This document shows positions 32,301 through 41,748 of a DNA stretch of 64,000 bases, in pieces. A model generated the notes under the pieces. The model did not search any database. It was given only the letters and a program-made list of their open reading frames with translations, and was not told where the DNA came from. Location: IMG/VR virus record IMGVR_UViG_3300009370_000001; one strand, written 5' to 3'. The stretch's first letter is position 1. Every line of letters begins with the position of its first letter. The stretch is from a virus. Its lineage: Duplodnaviria > Caudoviricetes. The position numbers were made by a program, and so were the translations under genes.

Positions 32301-35300
32301 CATTACGATTTTGAGCTTGATTATGGCATAACTGATAACAGTGGCTCTTATGCCAATAAGTCGGTTATCATCACGCGCTTCGGAGCCCCCGGCTCTCGCG
32401 AGACCATGGCAAGAGGATACCAAGACTTCAAGTCTTCCGAATTCTCAGCATACAATGCCACCCCTTATAGAAACTTAAGCGTTTTAAATGCAGGACAATC
32501 AAATGAAATAGACGCCCAAACTAAAGTGGGGGGTTTTGGCTATATTGTAAACGATCTTCATAACAGGCCTTTTGGTTTAAACCAACACTTAACACGCCAC
32601 ACCGCACGCTTTGGACGTGACGATATGGCAGTAACAGGCACAACTTTCGCTACAGACGGTCCAGGCGCCTCCTACAATCAATTGCCCGGATTTCACAAGG
32701 TACATCGAAACGTCAAGAGAAGACTTGAAACCATAGGAGACGGTTCACAGGTAACGGCTAGTGTATACGATAACTGGTATGTTAGACATCAAATCCCACG
32801 ATCAGATATGCAATATACATGGATTACCGCATCTTTGGTAAGCAACAATGATCATTTTGGTTACTTGCCTGCCAGTTACGAAGTAAGCACTTCGGCAGGA
32901 TACACGGAACCTTATAATTTTGTGAGCGCCAGCGATTTTGGAATCTACCAATACACCGGTTTCGGTGGTGGACTCTGGCGATTAGGCGCCACTAAGAAGA
33001 TGGTTCAAAATTACTATACCATCGGTGTTGATGCTGATTTTTTACCCTTAGACTTTGCTGGGATGAATACTATTATATATGACCACTTTTCTGCAAGTTC
33101 TAATGTGCTCGGGTTGCGCTCACCGGAGAGTGTTTACGACTATAATCTCTATGACCCACCCCAGACTAGGTTTTATTTCAACACTACTGTGATCACAAAC
33201 GCGGGATTGATTAATCCAGGCATCCCGGGCTGGCTATGGGGCGCTCCGATTCCCAAGGGCGCATTCGACGCGCGCGCATTTAACCTGTTGAACCTTCACC
33301 GTAATGGCCCTTACGGATGGCCAATCTTTAAGCAGATTGATTATAACAATCCTCTCACTCGTTATGAACGCCGCAATAATCAGATTTCAATCTTAATGGC
33401 CGATTCTGGCGCTTATGGTACCGATTTCAAAACTTTCGACTTAAGTCCAGTTTCAATGCGCGCACACCCTGGCAAGATCAACTTTGATAATAATTCTCAA
33501 GATATGACTATTGTGGCTAGTCATAACAACGCGAGAATCTTTTTTAAGGAAGCTGAACTTAACGATCTTGTGAATATTAACTATTCTGATATTGTAACTC
33601 CCTTTGAGCAAATGCTTGACGTCACGACTATGGGAGACAGGTATAGCACCAATTGGATTATGTATAGTCAACAGTTATACCCATCAGAGAGAAATGAGTT
33701 TGAAAGCTATATCACTAAGAGAACTGGATATAACAATAAATTCTGGCGTTCAACACAAGCGCAGCGTATCGATCAAGCTCAAGGTGACGGTGTTCCTCCG
33801 TTGCGAGGCGGAACCCTTATCCCTAATTCGTGGGGATGCCCGTGGCTCGCTCCCCTTCCGGATCAGCGCGCCGCAGCAGGCATGTATGGTGGCAACTATA
33901 TTCAACTTACACAATCATCATGGCCATTAGATCCTGTTAAGGATTTTCTCACGCGTCCTCAAGCTACTCGGCACCCACGCTTAGGTGCCGGCTCGCCGGC
34001 TTCCTACAGAGAGGGCGGTATTAAGTTTAGAAACTCAGGCTCCGGCGAGCTTCAGAATCAATATATTATGCCGGCATTTCGGCCCTCTTATTTAGCATAT
34101 GTGGTTGGTGTTGGAGACTTTGGCTCGCCCGGTGCGCTATATTCTCGTAAACAAACACTAGGCTCTTACAAATCCGTTGTAAGTCCCTATGGCATTGTGC
34201 TGCCTAGCACGGGCGCCCTATCTTCTGCACTAGATCCTCGCGAACAAATTGAGACTTTTGCAGGAGAGGCAGTTTGGGATTGTCCCACTTATGCCGGCAT
34301 TAACATTCAAACTGGAAGCACCTTTACTTTCCAATCTCAAAGTTCCGATCCTTGGTTTAGCGATTACGAGACATTCCAGTACGATTTGAAACTAGCAGCG
34401 AAAGACTATTCTATTGTACCGGAATTCCGCATTAGCGAGCATATTGCGGATTTTAAGAAATATGGATTATTCGGTGCACATAATAGTGATATTTTCGAAA
34501 TTCCCGGTACCGGCATTAATAGTGCAAAGAGCAGCAGCTTCTACCGCGATTATTCTAATTCTGAATTTATGAAGGGCTTTTTAAATATTAAAGAAGATTC
34601 CGGTATTTTACCACGCGAGATAGAAATCGAATGTGAAGCAGCCATTAGATTTAATCCTTATAAAGGATTTTACCCCGTTCAGCGCTCATTAGATCTTGTA
34701 TCCCAATGGTCTAGTTCCTATGCAGACGGGATCACTGTAACCGTTGATGGAGATGGCACAACCTCGATGGGCCCAACAATTGGTTCCAGTAGTTTCGGAC
34801 AGAAGTTGCTTACCGATATGGGGCTCTATATTAGACCTATGATCGCGCCTCTCTTTGCGCCCGGTATTCTCTACAATTCTATTAAGTCTGGAATGGCGGT
34901 AGATTATCCTGTTGTCACAGACGATACAAAGATATTGCGCTGGCCGTTTTTCTCTGCGTCTATCGACACCTCCGGGGTCGCCGACACGATTAAGGGACCA
35001 GAGAAGCGAGATACTTGGGCTTTGACAATCAACCCAAATACCTTAAAAGTTAGCGCTAACGATACTAACGGATATGATGGAAAGTCTTTCTTTGATAAGA
35101 GACTTCCATTTGAAACCATGATCAAGCCTGAAGGTCAGATAGATGGGATGCAATTCATTGATATGGAATCAAATATTTCTTGTTCAGCTTTGACAACTGC
35201 TTCATTTGCTAGTCCTGCTGTCGATGATAATTATACTTTAATGGCTAGCAATTATTTTGCCGAGATTGGGAACTTTTTCCTTAAAGATTCTCACTATACT

Positions 35301-37475
35301 AAATTAGAATCAGATATTATTGCTGATAAGCTTAAATTTGAGAGCGGGAGCGTGTATGCAGCGCGCATTAAACTTAAGAGATCCTATATCGGCGCACGTA
35401 CATATGAAAATGAAATCGATTCCGGCGGGTTTACCTTTGCTGCTAATGGAACCCAAGGCCGATGGCGCCTCTTTGGCGGCGCCGGCCAAGAGATTGATGA
35501 TCTACCATATCCTTCCGGTGCTTATTTTCCTGTGCCTCAAGATCCAACTCGACAAGACGGCTTTAGAGAGAGTTTCACCCTTTACAGTCGACCAACTGCC
35601 TTTGGCCCGCCAATAGCCGCTTTGCGCAAGACAGGATCAAATGCGCATGTTCCCAATGATACCACGGTTGCGCAACTCGAAACCGCGATTAGCGAACAAA
35701 CGGGTAATTACCCTCACGATTCTATTAATGGGTTTAACTGGGCGTTTACTCCCCCTTACTATGATGGAGAATCATGGGCAGATGTTATTTTCCGACCTGA
35801 TTCCACTAAAGAATATAGTGTCCAAGATATCTTAGCCGATTCTAAAGTACGCTACTGGCGCCATGACGCCGGAGGTCCCCATGGCGCGGATTCGTTAGGC
35901 TTCGTGGGAAACCTTTCCGGAGCTTATATTGGTTTGTCCCGCGGTATTTATGATGGAGAAAATATTAACCGTAATGCGATGCAAATATCTGCTAGTATTA
36001 ATTTGTTTGGATTTGAACAAGTGCCATTTACCGAAAGAGATGCTTTCGGGAACGTGGCAACTACCCGTGACACCACGACAGGAACTCGATGGGTTCTCCA
36101 ACCTAAATTTGAAACCCCGCACTTAAACTTTAATGATGCTTATAACCAAGCACAAGTACCTATTTATGGTTCCGCTTCTGTGCCAATTGGGATTTGGCAC
36201 CAATTTGGCAAAATCCCCACAAATCCAGAGGTAGGAATTTTCTTAGAGATTGACGATATACCAGAACAATGGCAAAAATATCACTATGATATGTTTTATT
36301 ATGACAGCATCTATAATGATAATAATGCGGCCTCTTTTGTGGCGGGCAAAACACCATTTAGATCATTGACTGATGTTTTTGGATTCAAGTCCAATAGTAA
36401 ATCTAAACGTCTAGGAGAATTGGCCGATTCGCAAACACTTAGAGAGGCTATTGTGGCTATCCCATATTATACGGAACAAACCCCTGGTGATTATAGTTTG
36501 ACTACCGAGAAGACCGCCCGAACCCAGTATACTAAAAAATTCATTAGTATTCCCAAGGAAAGAATACAAGCCGCAGCCGAAGAGCAAGTGGGTTCTCTAG
36601 AAGGAGATTCTTTGGACACTGCGGGGTCTTCGATTAGAAAGCTTTTACAGAAGATGGATCGCTACGTCCTTCCTCCGCAATTTGATTTTAAATCTAATAA
36701 AAACATTGATCCTATTGCTATGTATATTATAGAATTTGAATATAAACTAGACAAAGACGATTTGTCCTATATTTGGCAAAATATGGCACCGAGAGATTAT
36801 AAGAAGCTTTCATTCCAGAAATCATCTGTAGCCCACGAATTGATGGACACAGAATTATTATCGGGGCATAATATTCTTGAGAGCGAAAATTTACGCTGGA
36901 TGGTGTTTAAGGTTAAACAAAAATCGCAAGCCTTTTATGATGATTCTGTGGTCGCACAAATCGGACAGACAACTAGAGACGCCTTTATTCAGCAACGCCG
37001 AAGAACCGAGCAAGGCTATAATCTAAATTACAACTGGCCTTATGACTATGTATCTTTTGTTGAGATGGTTAAAGTAAACGCCAAGGTGCTTTATGGCGGC
37101 CGCAGCACCGGTGTTCAAGGAGAACGAGTGCCTGCTGGTCAAAACGAACGTGTTCCTGTCTTAGAAACGCCAGCGCGCGAAGGGTCGCGAACTCTTCCGA
37201 GAGCGGCAGCAATAAATGAACAAGTAGCGGAAAGAGTACGAGCCCTCCCCCGGAGAGCACGACGCCGCGCCGCCCGCGGAGCCAGAGGCCGCCAAGCGAC
37301 TCTTCCGCTTGCCGATCAACAAACACGAGCAACTGCTCGTCGCCAGGGGCGCCGGCGTAACAACACTAATACCACACGCCGCGCAACTAATCCGACTCGC
37401 ACGCGAAGAACTCGCCGCGGCAGAGGCGGTGGCGGTAATCGCGGCGGAGGTGGCCGCGGCGGCGGAGGTTATTAA
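26292..37475 (+). CDS. Giant baseplate/tail protein (3727 aa) with two LamG/concanavalin-A-like domains and an Arg/Gly-rich C-terminus
   Basis: LamG-like motifs SIEFWLK...WTHVALV...LYING...MDEFRFW (about 26880-27440) and WNHVAVTWD...FFVNG...MDEVSIW (about 30960-31590); located in the baseplate operon. Confidence 0.7.
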   Translation: MSIKKLFGSVEDGRNYLSDTDQKEAFKDVESERNLEQLKEKQSNFVPQVDYSDPRFFARFGSAYYYYKGAMERITDYYPYDGSDAEINGFYNKLLDVEKYIFNNLYPRTNGYVELGEATTTSLSKLSGGYATPTTKEYITLKGGPNAIDSAGSLVKASNNPYSDKFQYSNVYDTSIYTTAGLPSDYGVGTRQSNLQCNFDTGVSIEFWLKKPTFGTCPETVFDLWTSGSQSGSVDYGRITVELTGASGVSPFLLTVQSGSAVSIEPGMTAAGIFQQSIGSGITAASLDTWTHVALVMYNTGSDFASKLYINGGLNDTYVTGSTTINQLKQKDTFARIGALLTAPSGAAATADSAVADYDGINKLSASMDEFRFWKEKRSGEDIGRYWFSQVRGGTNTDISNTTLGVYYKFNEGITETSSVDSNVLDYAGRITNGVWTGYGTNSRSTGSAMIESSASAQEYKDPIIYSSHSSVSNLKSELLATGSYHDAQNNSMFRNYAPSWIIEEAEQLGNNNLDVVSHIVGTYFDRVHLLSQQVPKLRGINYTSASSEPVPFAQHLPQSLGLYTPEIFIDANVMERFLNRNNDMLFENDLDETKNLIYLNLYNNLANIFKSKGTERSLRNVLRCFNIDEQIVKINTYAKNTTFPLSNNYEQVIEKVSYANFDKKENRTAVIYQRADSTNPNSRGYIPTGSKPGSEGGTEYANYEMQYGCTIEGQIMFPHWSVDYSDNQRDYTTVSLFGGITPYTSSADGLTGADTSANYPDYTNFQVQAIKTGPNSKDVYFKLTSSAPAYGVPEQFPTLTSSVFSNVYDNTTWNLSVRVKPKLDGPITTVSGASVTQYDVIFEGINIDLGTIENSFTVGGVVSAATGSASDFLTRPKRLYVGAQRTNLTGPVVHKSDVLVGSLRYWAKALNTGSLSQHAHDIDNYGISGSYQSVAAIDTANKSADVLNLNTLALNWAFNQLSSSNSTGVFVVPDISSGSTSLATDYGPMGTITGYQHNGYGYDFPNSSTDAIEKRLTNTFKFISPERATSADAIQILSEDDKVFGITETVPNYVYTVEKSMYRAVSEEMLDFFAGVVDFNNVIGAPVNRYRGRYKSLEKLREIFFRKVTKTSQVEKFVEYYKWFDDAIGHIMAQMVPASSDFVADVYNTVESHVLERNKYQTKYPSLETKQNHPEAQMEGVGGLGITYKNYSSPVPASPRNTNQNIQYWLKKAKRSEPEITSGNPTIDTQRENMRQIINTAPRASTKPGELMTSGIAGSGTKYFQDFYPQRNYQKLYKLKSYDADASIHGGVNFSKDQNIQYTYNSLYPFGPVSTEENRFIPLNVLVGLTSDLVSIQDFEDDRELRRKVKRVFKVQSARRWYQDEGYSDVKSSMAFPFNIMSSSLNSGYNKEVQTKVGANIEITNLHNDTYGQAMGTPMQGPFTEKYVGGHQSRHITYNSGATDTYLTRPEAWKLLLGQCADQGSGAIGMASPTYPYPDIGAPPSSAYGRIDFTSNPITDNSVTISDGDTSLTFTIPFMNTYATHHADQVRSYIVIGGDNSSSYGNPTLAEPQYFDIDAGTYSCWISGSIPMTGNGNLIIMGVNHATFNFSLIDDGSTPPGSSPASKLRLTQQWLNGASAGSTVNSYWTTDNKEVPLGQWNHVAVTWDATTTGSTEPVFFVNGVQVDSSRDGSAVPTAAGSTLRLALKARSGLPSGNPKVTCLIGGYNASNAISGAMDEVSIWQLSMSADQISELYATGSVTDLMQHSVYTSNNSNLRAWYRMGDDPNDAIDGTGVYDLGTNSIVDQTGRYNGTPGEDMTVDFATNVITSSATGDNIAWTRGGNTNATAVNLTTAINAQSFNIVASNPEGDAETITVSNTKYGVPTSTKKEARGSLGNVSLSRVGSRISVEGMQGGSDPQIINFNAPRATYYREELAKRPVNIRNIQMTTGSTIIGNYQNNYEVVSTVGAFANPRDFIENQPTLPSVITTKTNLNRGGANRFTGRTGQAVLNYLTLDRASGSHYDFELDYGITDNSGSYANKSVIITRFGAPGSRETMARGYQDFKSSEFSAYNATPYRNLSVLNAGQSNEIDAQTKVGGFGYIVNDLHNRPFGLNQHLTRHTARFGRDDMAVTGTTFATDGPGASYNQLPGFHKVHRNVKRRLETIGDGSQVTASVYDNWYVRHQIPRSDMQYTWITASLVSNNDHFGYLPASYEVSTSAGYTEPYNFVSASDFGIYQYTGFGGGLWRLGATKKMVQNYYTIGVDADFLPLDFAGMNTIIYDHFSASSNVLGLRSPESVYDYNLYDPPQTRFYFNTTVITNAGLINPGIPGWLWGAPIPKGAFDARAFNLLNLHRNGPYGWPIFKQIDYNNPLTRYERRNNQISILMADSGAYGTDFKTFDLSPVSMRAHPGKINFDNNSQDMTIVASHNNARIFFKEAELNDLVNINYSDIVTPFEQMLDVTTMGDRYSTNWIMYSQQLYPSERNEFESYITKRTGYNNKFWRSTQAQRIDQAQGDGVPPLRGGTLIPNSWGCPWLAPLPDQRAAAGMYGGNYIQLTQSSWPLDPVKDFLTRPQATRHPRLGAGSPASYREGGIKFRNSGSGELQNQYIMPAFRPSYLAYVVGVGDFGSPGALYSRKQTLGSYKSVVSPYGIVLPSTGALSSALDPREQIETFAGEAVWDCPTYAGINIQTGSTFTFQSQSSDPWFSDYETFQYDLKLAAKDYSIVPEFRISEHIADFKKYGLFGAHNSDIFEIPGTGINSAKSSSFYRDYSNSEFMKGFLNIKEDSGILPREIEIECEAAIRFNPYKGFYPVQRSLDLVSQWSSSYADGITVTVDGDGTTSMGPTIGSSSFGQKLLTDMGLYIRPMIAPLFAPGILYNSIKSGMAVDYPVVTDDTKILRWPFFSASIDTSGVADTIKGPEKRDTWALTINPNTLKVSANDTNGYDGKSFFDKRLPFETMIKPEGQIDGMQFIDMESNISCSALTTASFASPAVDDNYTLMASNYFAEIGNFFLKDSHYTKLESDIIADKLKFESGSVYAARIKLKRSYIGARTYENEIDSGGFTFAANGTQGRWRLFGGAGQEIDDLPYPSGAYFPVPQDPTRQDGFRESFTLYSRPTAFGPPIAALRKTGSNAHVPNDTTVAQLETAISEQTGNYPHDSINGFNWAFTPPYYDGESWADVIFRPDSTKEYSVQDILADSKVRYWRHDAGGPHGADSLGFVGNLSGAYIGLSRGIYDGENINRNAMQISASINLFGFEQVPFTERDAFGNVATTRDTTTGTRWVLQPKFETPHLNFNDAYNQAQVPIYGSASVPIGIWHQFGKIPTNPEVGIFLEIDDIPEQWQKYHYDMFYYDSIYNDNNAASFVAGKTPFRSLTDVFGFKSNSKSKRLGELADSQTLREAIVAIPYYTEQTPGDYSLTTEKTARTQYTKKFISIPKERIQAAAEEQVGSLEGDSLDTAGSSIRKLLQKMDRYVLPPQFDFKSNKNIDPIAMYIIEFEYKLDKDDLSYIWQNMAPRDYKKLSFQKSSVAHELMDTELLSGHNILESENLRWMVFKVKQKSQAFYDDSVVAQIGQTTRDAFIQQRRRTEQGYNLNYNWPYDYVSFVEMVKVNAKVLYGGRSTGVQGERVPAGQNERVPVLETPAREGSRTLPRAAAINEQVAERVRALPRRARRRAARGARGRQATLPLADQQTRATARRQGRRRNNTNTTRRATNPTRTRRTRRGRGGGGNRGGGGRGGGGY

Positions 37476-37477
37476 TT

Positions 37478-38599
37478 ATGGCTAAATTTTTAAATAAAAA
37501 AGAACAAGTTATCGATTTTAAGCTGACTAATTATGGTCATTATTTATTATCGATTGGCAAAATGAAGCCTGTCTATTATGCGTTCTTCGATGATAATGTT
37601 TTATATGACGGAGAATATGCTGGAATTACCGGTAGCCAAAACAGCATCCATGAAAGAATTAAAGATAACACTCCGTATTTGGAAGGACTTACTCATTTCA
37701 CAAATATTGACGCTGAAATTCTGAAAGTATCCGAAGGCACTACAGACGGCACCGGCGTGCCCGTTCTTGAGGACGATCAAGGGCGCCAGTCCAAGTTTTA
37801 TTTTGCATCGGATCTTACCGCTATAATGCGCGAGCCAAAAGTAGAAAACTTAAAAGCTTCTTCAATGATTGGAGATGCTGCTTTGGATGGGGATAAACAA
37901 AAAGCCGCCGCTTGGAAGGTAGTCTCATTGCAGGGGCAAATTTCTGCTTCCTCTCAAGTGGATGCTAAAAATGATATTCGTATCCCTCAATTAGATATTC
38001 AATTAAATTATGTTAAAAAAATCATTAGTTCGGAAATCGATGCCAACCCCACAGATATTCGCGATTTGATGGATAATGTTGGAGGCTTTGTTGATAACAA
38101 GGCAATTACATTAGAAATGGACAATTTGATGATTTATGCCGAAGAGGTTAATACTGAGCTATTTACTGAAAATTTTGATATTGAAGTGTTTAAAGTTGAG
38201 GCCGGCGATTATGGCTGCAGTGGTTCTCTTCATCCCGCCACCGGAAAGTGTGTACCGAATTCATCAGGCGAGGGAGGAGTATATACAGGTTCATATGCCG
38301 ACTCTTTCGATAGAAAATATTTTGAGAAAAAAGCCTCACAAATAGTTAATAATATGATGATCTCCCCCACACCTATAGAAAATATAGGACAAGTATTAAC
38401 TACGGGAAGTGTAGAATATTATTTTGATGTTAAAAGAGATAGTGAAATAGACGCAACAACTGCATGCAAGAGCGCAGAAATATTTAATAGATCATCTTAT
38501 TATATCGATCTTGACTTTGATTGTGATATGGAAGATGAAGATTTCAGTATATTAGATATTTATGGTAGAGTAACGGAGTCCGAGATATGCCCGACTTAA
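37478..38599 (+). CDS. Tail/baseplate structural protein, N-terminal domain paralogous to 46986 and 48124
   Basis: FLNKKEQVIDFKLTNYGHYLLSIG...YAFFDDNVLY aligns by eye with FLDNAGTIILDAILTDVGRQRLAQG...FSLGDDEIDY. Confidence 0.55.
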   Translation: MAKFLNKKEQVIDFKLTNYGHYLLSIGKMKPVYYAFFDDNVLYDGEYAGITGSQNSIHERIKDNTPYLEGLTHFTNIDAEILKVSEGTTDGTGVPVLEDDQGRQSKFYFASDLTAIMREPKVENLKASSMIGDAALDGDKQKAAAWKVVSLQGQISASSQVDAKNDIRIPQLDIQLNYVKKIISSEIDANPTDIRDLMDNVGGFVDNKAITLEMDNLMIYAEEVNTELFTENFDIEVFKVEAGDYGCSGSLHPATGKCVPNSSGEGGVYTGSYADSFDRKYFEKKASQIVNNMMISPTPIENIGQVLTTGSVEYYFDVKRDSEIDATTACKSAEIFNRSSYYIDLDFDCDMEDEDFSILDIYGRVTESEICPT

Positions 38600-41500
38600 A
38601 CATTAAAGGAAGCACACTAGATAATTTTGGTGAGCATTTGCCCACCCCTATTATTGAATATGTGGGCATTCGCGCCGACAAACTTGAAGTCCAAGTTTCT
38701 TTGTATTTTGATTTCACGGATCTTGAAAAAGATACAGTTACATTTTTAGAATATTTCACCGAGATAACAAAAGCTCCGCTGTATGTAACTGTTGCTTATG
38801 TGATTGGTGATACCTACGCACAAGCCGTCATCGACAAGACCCAACCGGATATTTTTAAAGAACTATATATGACGCCCGGATCCGTTTGTGCTGGCGCACA
38901 ATTTGATTTCAAGGATGGTTCTCGGGGGTGTGCTACATATTCGAATTATAATACCGTTTTTTTCGATGACGCTAGCGGAGCGGGAGACTGGATCGTTTCG
39001 GATCAAAACTTTTATACTGATGATGATAAAAAAATAGTACAATATACCACGACCCTTACCTTAGATTTTGAAGTCGGAAACAAAAATTTTGATATTAATA
39101 ATTTAGACAACAATATCTTTATAGCTCCTGCGACAGGCACTGATAATAGTCTAGCTGATGAGTTTGGCGGTGCCATCACAGTTTTTGCTTTTTCTTCGTG
39201 GTACGATCTCGCTTCACCGGAATTCTCGGGCTGGAACCCGGCCACAAGTCAACAACCTTTTCCTGTTAAAGAAATTGAAATAGACGATGGCTATAGGAAG
39301 CTGCCGACCTTTTATATGGATTTAATGCCCCCGCTTGCTCGTCAGCAAGTATCTGATATTTCTTATCAACAAGTTTTTAAAGACGGAAACGCATACACAG
39401 ATCCCGAAGTTCTCTTTGCAGATGCGGCCGGCATCGTTTATAATCATACTCCTATTTTATCTATTAATGGAAAATACTATAAACAAGACGGCTACACACT
39501 GGAACAAATAGTAGAAGATTTTAGTAGTCTTATATCAGCCTCTGCTATCTTAGACGAGCCTACCACCCAATTAGAATCGATTTTAAATGATTTAGCCTCG
39601 ACGCTCGAAATCTACGGAGAATCTAGCGAGCTTTTAATTCGTCTTAACTTGATCCGTATCGCCTTTCCAGAAAAATCGACTGCCACCGAAGTAGGAAGAT
39701 TTTATGAATTGGTTAAAACTCGATTCTTTAATGCTGAACAGGGAGTAGCAAGCGGTACTCAAGTCTTCGAACAACTAGTTCATACATCTAAAGTTCGTGA
39801 TTTGCGTACTGTGCTACATGGCACATATACTCCTACTGACCAATCAGAGGTGCCTGTTATTTACGGTCAGAATAGAGGATTTAACGAAGGATTGGTGACT
39901 TCTTTAAAAATCTGGGAGTATGGAGCAGACGAGCAATCCGATAGCTCGGTTTTTCTTAGAAATGGTTTTTGGTTTTTTGATATGGAGTCCGCAACGGAGA
40001 ATTATAGCAATCTAGGCCGCGTGTTCTCTATGTCCGGACTCAAAGCTAAATACGGCCCAGAAATAATTGCGGCCTCTTTTAAGGTCAAAGAAGCACGCGT
40101 CAAAAAATGGATTTTTAGCGGAGATCCCCAGCGGCCGCAGGTACCTCGGAATTTAGAGGGGTATGTAGAACAATATCCCTCGGTAACCGAAATCCATGAA
40201 AGCTATCTAGATTGGGTATCGACTATCACGAGTGAAATTGATTACGTGGGGTACACCAATGCACCAATCTCACATAAATACATTCCGCAGACGTCCAAAA
40301 TAAAGATGGAAACTAATAGCGCGTTCCCTGATCAAATGACAGAGACCGGCATCTATTTTTCAACTGTCGCCCCAACGATAAACCCACAAACTGGCAAGCC
40401 AGCGTCCGTCGATCCGTGGGAGGGCGTCTCTCATTATCTATCGTATCTTTTATTAAGAGGAGTAGATGCTTTGGCTGACAGCCAGCTAGACAATTCATAT
40501 GGACTAATGACTTTCCAATTTCAAGATATAGAAAAAAGCTTTGAGTCCCAGGCCGGTTCGAAAGCCCATAAGGATAAGGATATAGTTTATTCATTCGAAG
40601 TTGATGTGGAAGACACCGGCAAGGTAATCATTCAAGCGTTAACTGCTTCATATATAGACTTGTTTGAAAACGAACTAAAACCTTATTATAACTTTGCGAG
40701 CGAAAATTGCAGCTATAATAATGTCGATGGAAAATTCAATTCTTTTTTCACGGAAGGAGTAATGAATTATTACAGCAATGTAGACAAAGATCGCACTCCG
40801 TGGGTTTTGGCCGCGGCCCAATTCATCACTTTTCGCGATATGACCACCAATGCCTATGGAGGAGATATCGAAACGATGACCGAGGCAGCCCGTTCTATTG
40901 TCGGAAAAATAAACCCGGTTAATGGAAATCTGGAAGACTTAACTGTATTTTATAACAACTATAAAGAATTTGCCGACTTGTATTTAGAAGAAGGAGATGT
41001 TTATAAAATAGTAGAGGCGATGGAGGATGTCACCACTTACCAATTTGGCCAAAAGAATGTGTCCCATGGCGATAATACCGTAGTACAATACTTCCCTCTC
41101 CCGGATCCCGTGCCAATTACTACAGACGCGCTAACGGCACCTACGGGATGCCAAATTGCATCATGTCCATCCGGTCAAGAACTTCGGCTTCCTACTGAAG
41201 AAGGATGTTACTGTGATGACTCGAATATCACGACCGTGATAGAGCGCACTATCACGGCCTGGGACAACTCAAACACCCAGTACGAATACGGCTCAACCGC
41301 CTATAGACAGTCCGAGACCTTGCCTGACTTTGTCGACCGCATGCATGGATATTTCAAAGATATACTCCGAGGCTGTGTTGATTGCAGCCAGCGCGAGATC
41401 TCACATACGACCCATATCAGTCTGTCAGAAGAGTCCAAACACCGCCACGGACTTGAATGGGATCAGGTTTATGTCGCGGCCTCAACCGAGTGGTTGGAGA

Positions 41501-41733
41501 AGTCTTGGCGAGAATACTATGATGAGATCGAGAGCGTGCTCTTGTGGTCCTCCGAGAGAGAAGAGCATAAAGATGCTTTGATTCTTTGGTGTCAATGGGC
41601 TTGGAATAACTGTCACTTAACCAGCCATGGCCGCACTGCCACAGGCGTAAACTGGGAGCAGTACATAGATGGTAGCTCATCTACCACCTTGGAAGCCGGC
41701 CCTGGCTGGGGCTATGGCTTGAAAAGTTCGTAA
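38587..41733 (+). CDS. Large putative virion protein (1048 aa)
   Basis: Intact ORF within the structural operon with a CGGAG Shine-Dalgarno; Cys-containing C-terminal segment. Confidence 0.55.
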   Translation: MPDLNIKGSTLDNFGEHLPTPIIEYVGIRADKLEVQVSLYFDFTDLEKDTVTFLEYFTEITKAPLYVTVAYVIGDTYAQAVIDKTQPDIFKELYMTPGSVCAGAQFDFKDGSRGCATYSNYNTVFFDDASGAGDWIVSDQNFYTDDDKKIVQYTTTLTLDFEVGNKNFDINNLDNNIFIAPATGTDNSLADEFGGAITVFAFSSWYDLASPEFSGWNPATSQQPFPVKEIEIDDGYRKLPTFYMDLMPPLARQQVSDISYQQVFKDGNAYTDPEVLFADAAGIVYNHTPILSINGKYYKQDGYTLEQIVEDFSSLISASAILDEPTTQLESILNDLASTLEIYGESSELLIRLNLIRIAFPEKSTATEVGRFYELVKTRFFNAEQGVASGTQVFEQLVHTSKVRDLRTVLHGTYTPTDQSEVPVIYGQNRGFNEGLVTSLKIWEYGADEQSDSSVFLRNGFWFFDMESATENYSNLGRVFSMSGLKAKYGPEIIAASFKVKEARVKKWIFSGDPQRPQVPRNLEGYVEQYPSVTEIHESYLDWVSTITSEIDYVGYTNAPISHKYIPQTSKIKMETNSAFPDQMTETGIYFSTVAPTINPQTGKPASVDPWEGVSHYLSYLLLRGVDALADSQLDNSYGLMTFQFQDIEKSFESQAGSKAHKDKDIVYSFEVDVEDTGKVIIQALTASYIDLFENELKPYYNFASENCSYNNVDGKFNSFFTEGVMNYYSNVDKDRTPWVLAAAQFITFRDMTTNAYGGDIETMTEAARSIVGKINPVNGNLEDLTVFYNNYKEFADLYLEEGDVYKIVEAMEDVTTYQFGQKNVSHGDNTVVQYFPLPDPVPITTDALTAPTGCQIASCPSGQELRLPTEEGCYCDDSNITTVIERTITAWDNSNTQYEYGSTAYRQSETLPDFVDRMHGYFKDILRGCVDCSQREISHTTHISLSEESKHRHGLEWDQVYVAASTEWLEKSWREYYDEIESVLLWSSEREEHKDALILWCQWAWNNCHLTSHGRTATGVNWEQYIDGSSSTTLEAGPGWGYGLKSS

Positions 41734-41748
41734 AAGGAGAAAATTTAA

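Noticed and set aside
36145-36155. Rho-independent terminators in the structural operon
   Set aside because: I found no convincing GC hairpin plus U-tract in any intergenic gap, so none is reported. These coordinates are a placeholder for a negative search.
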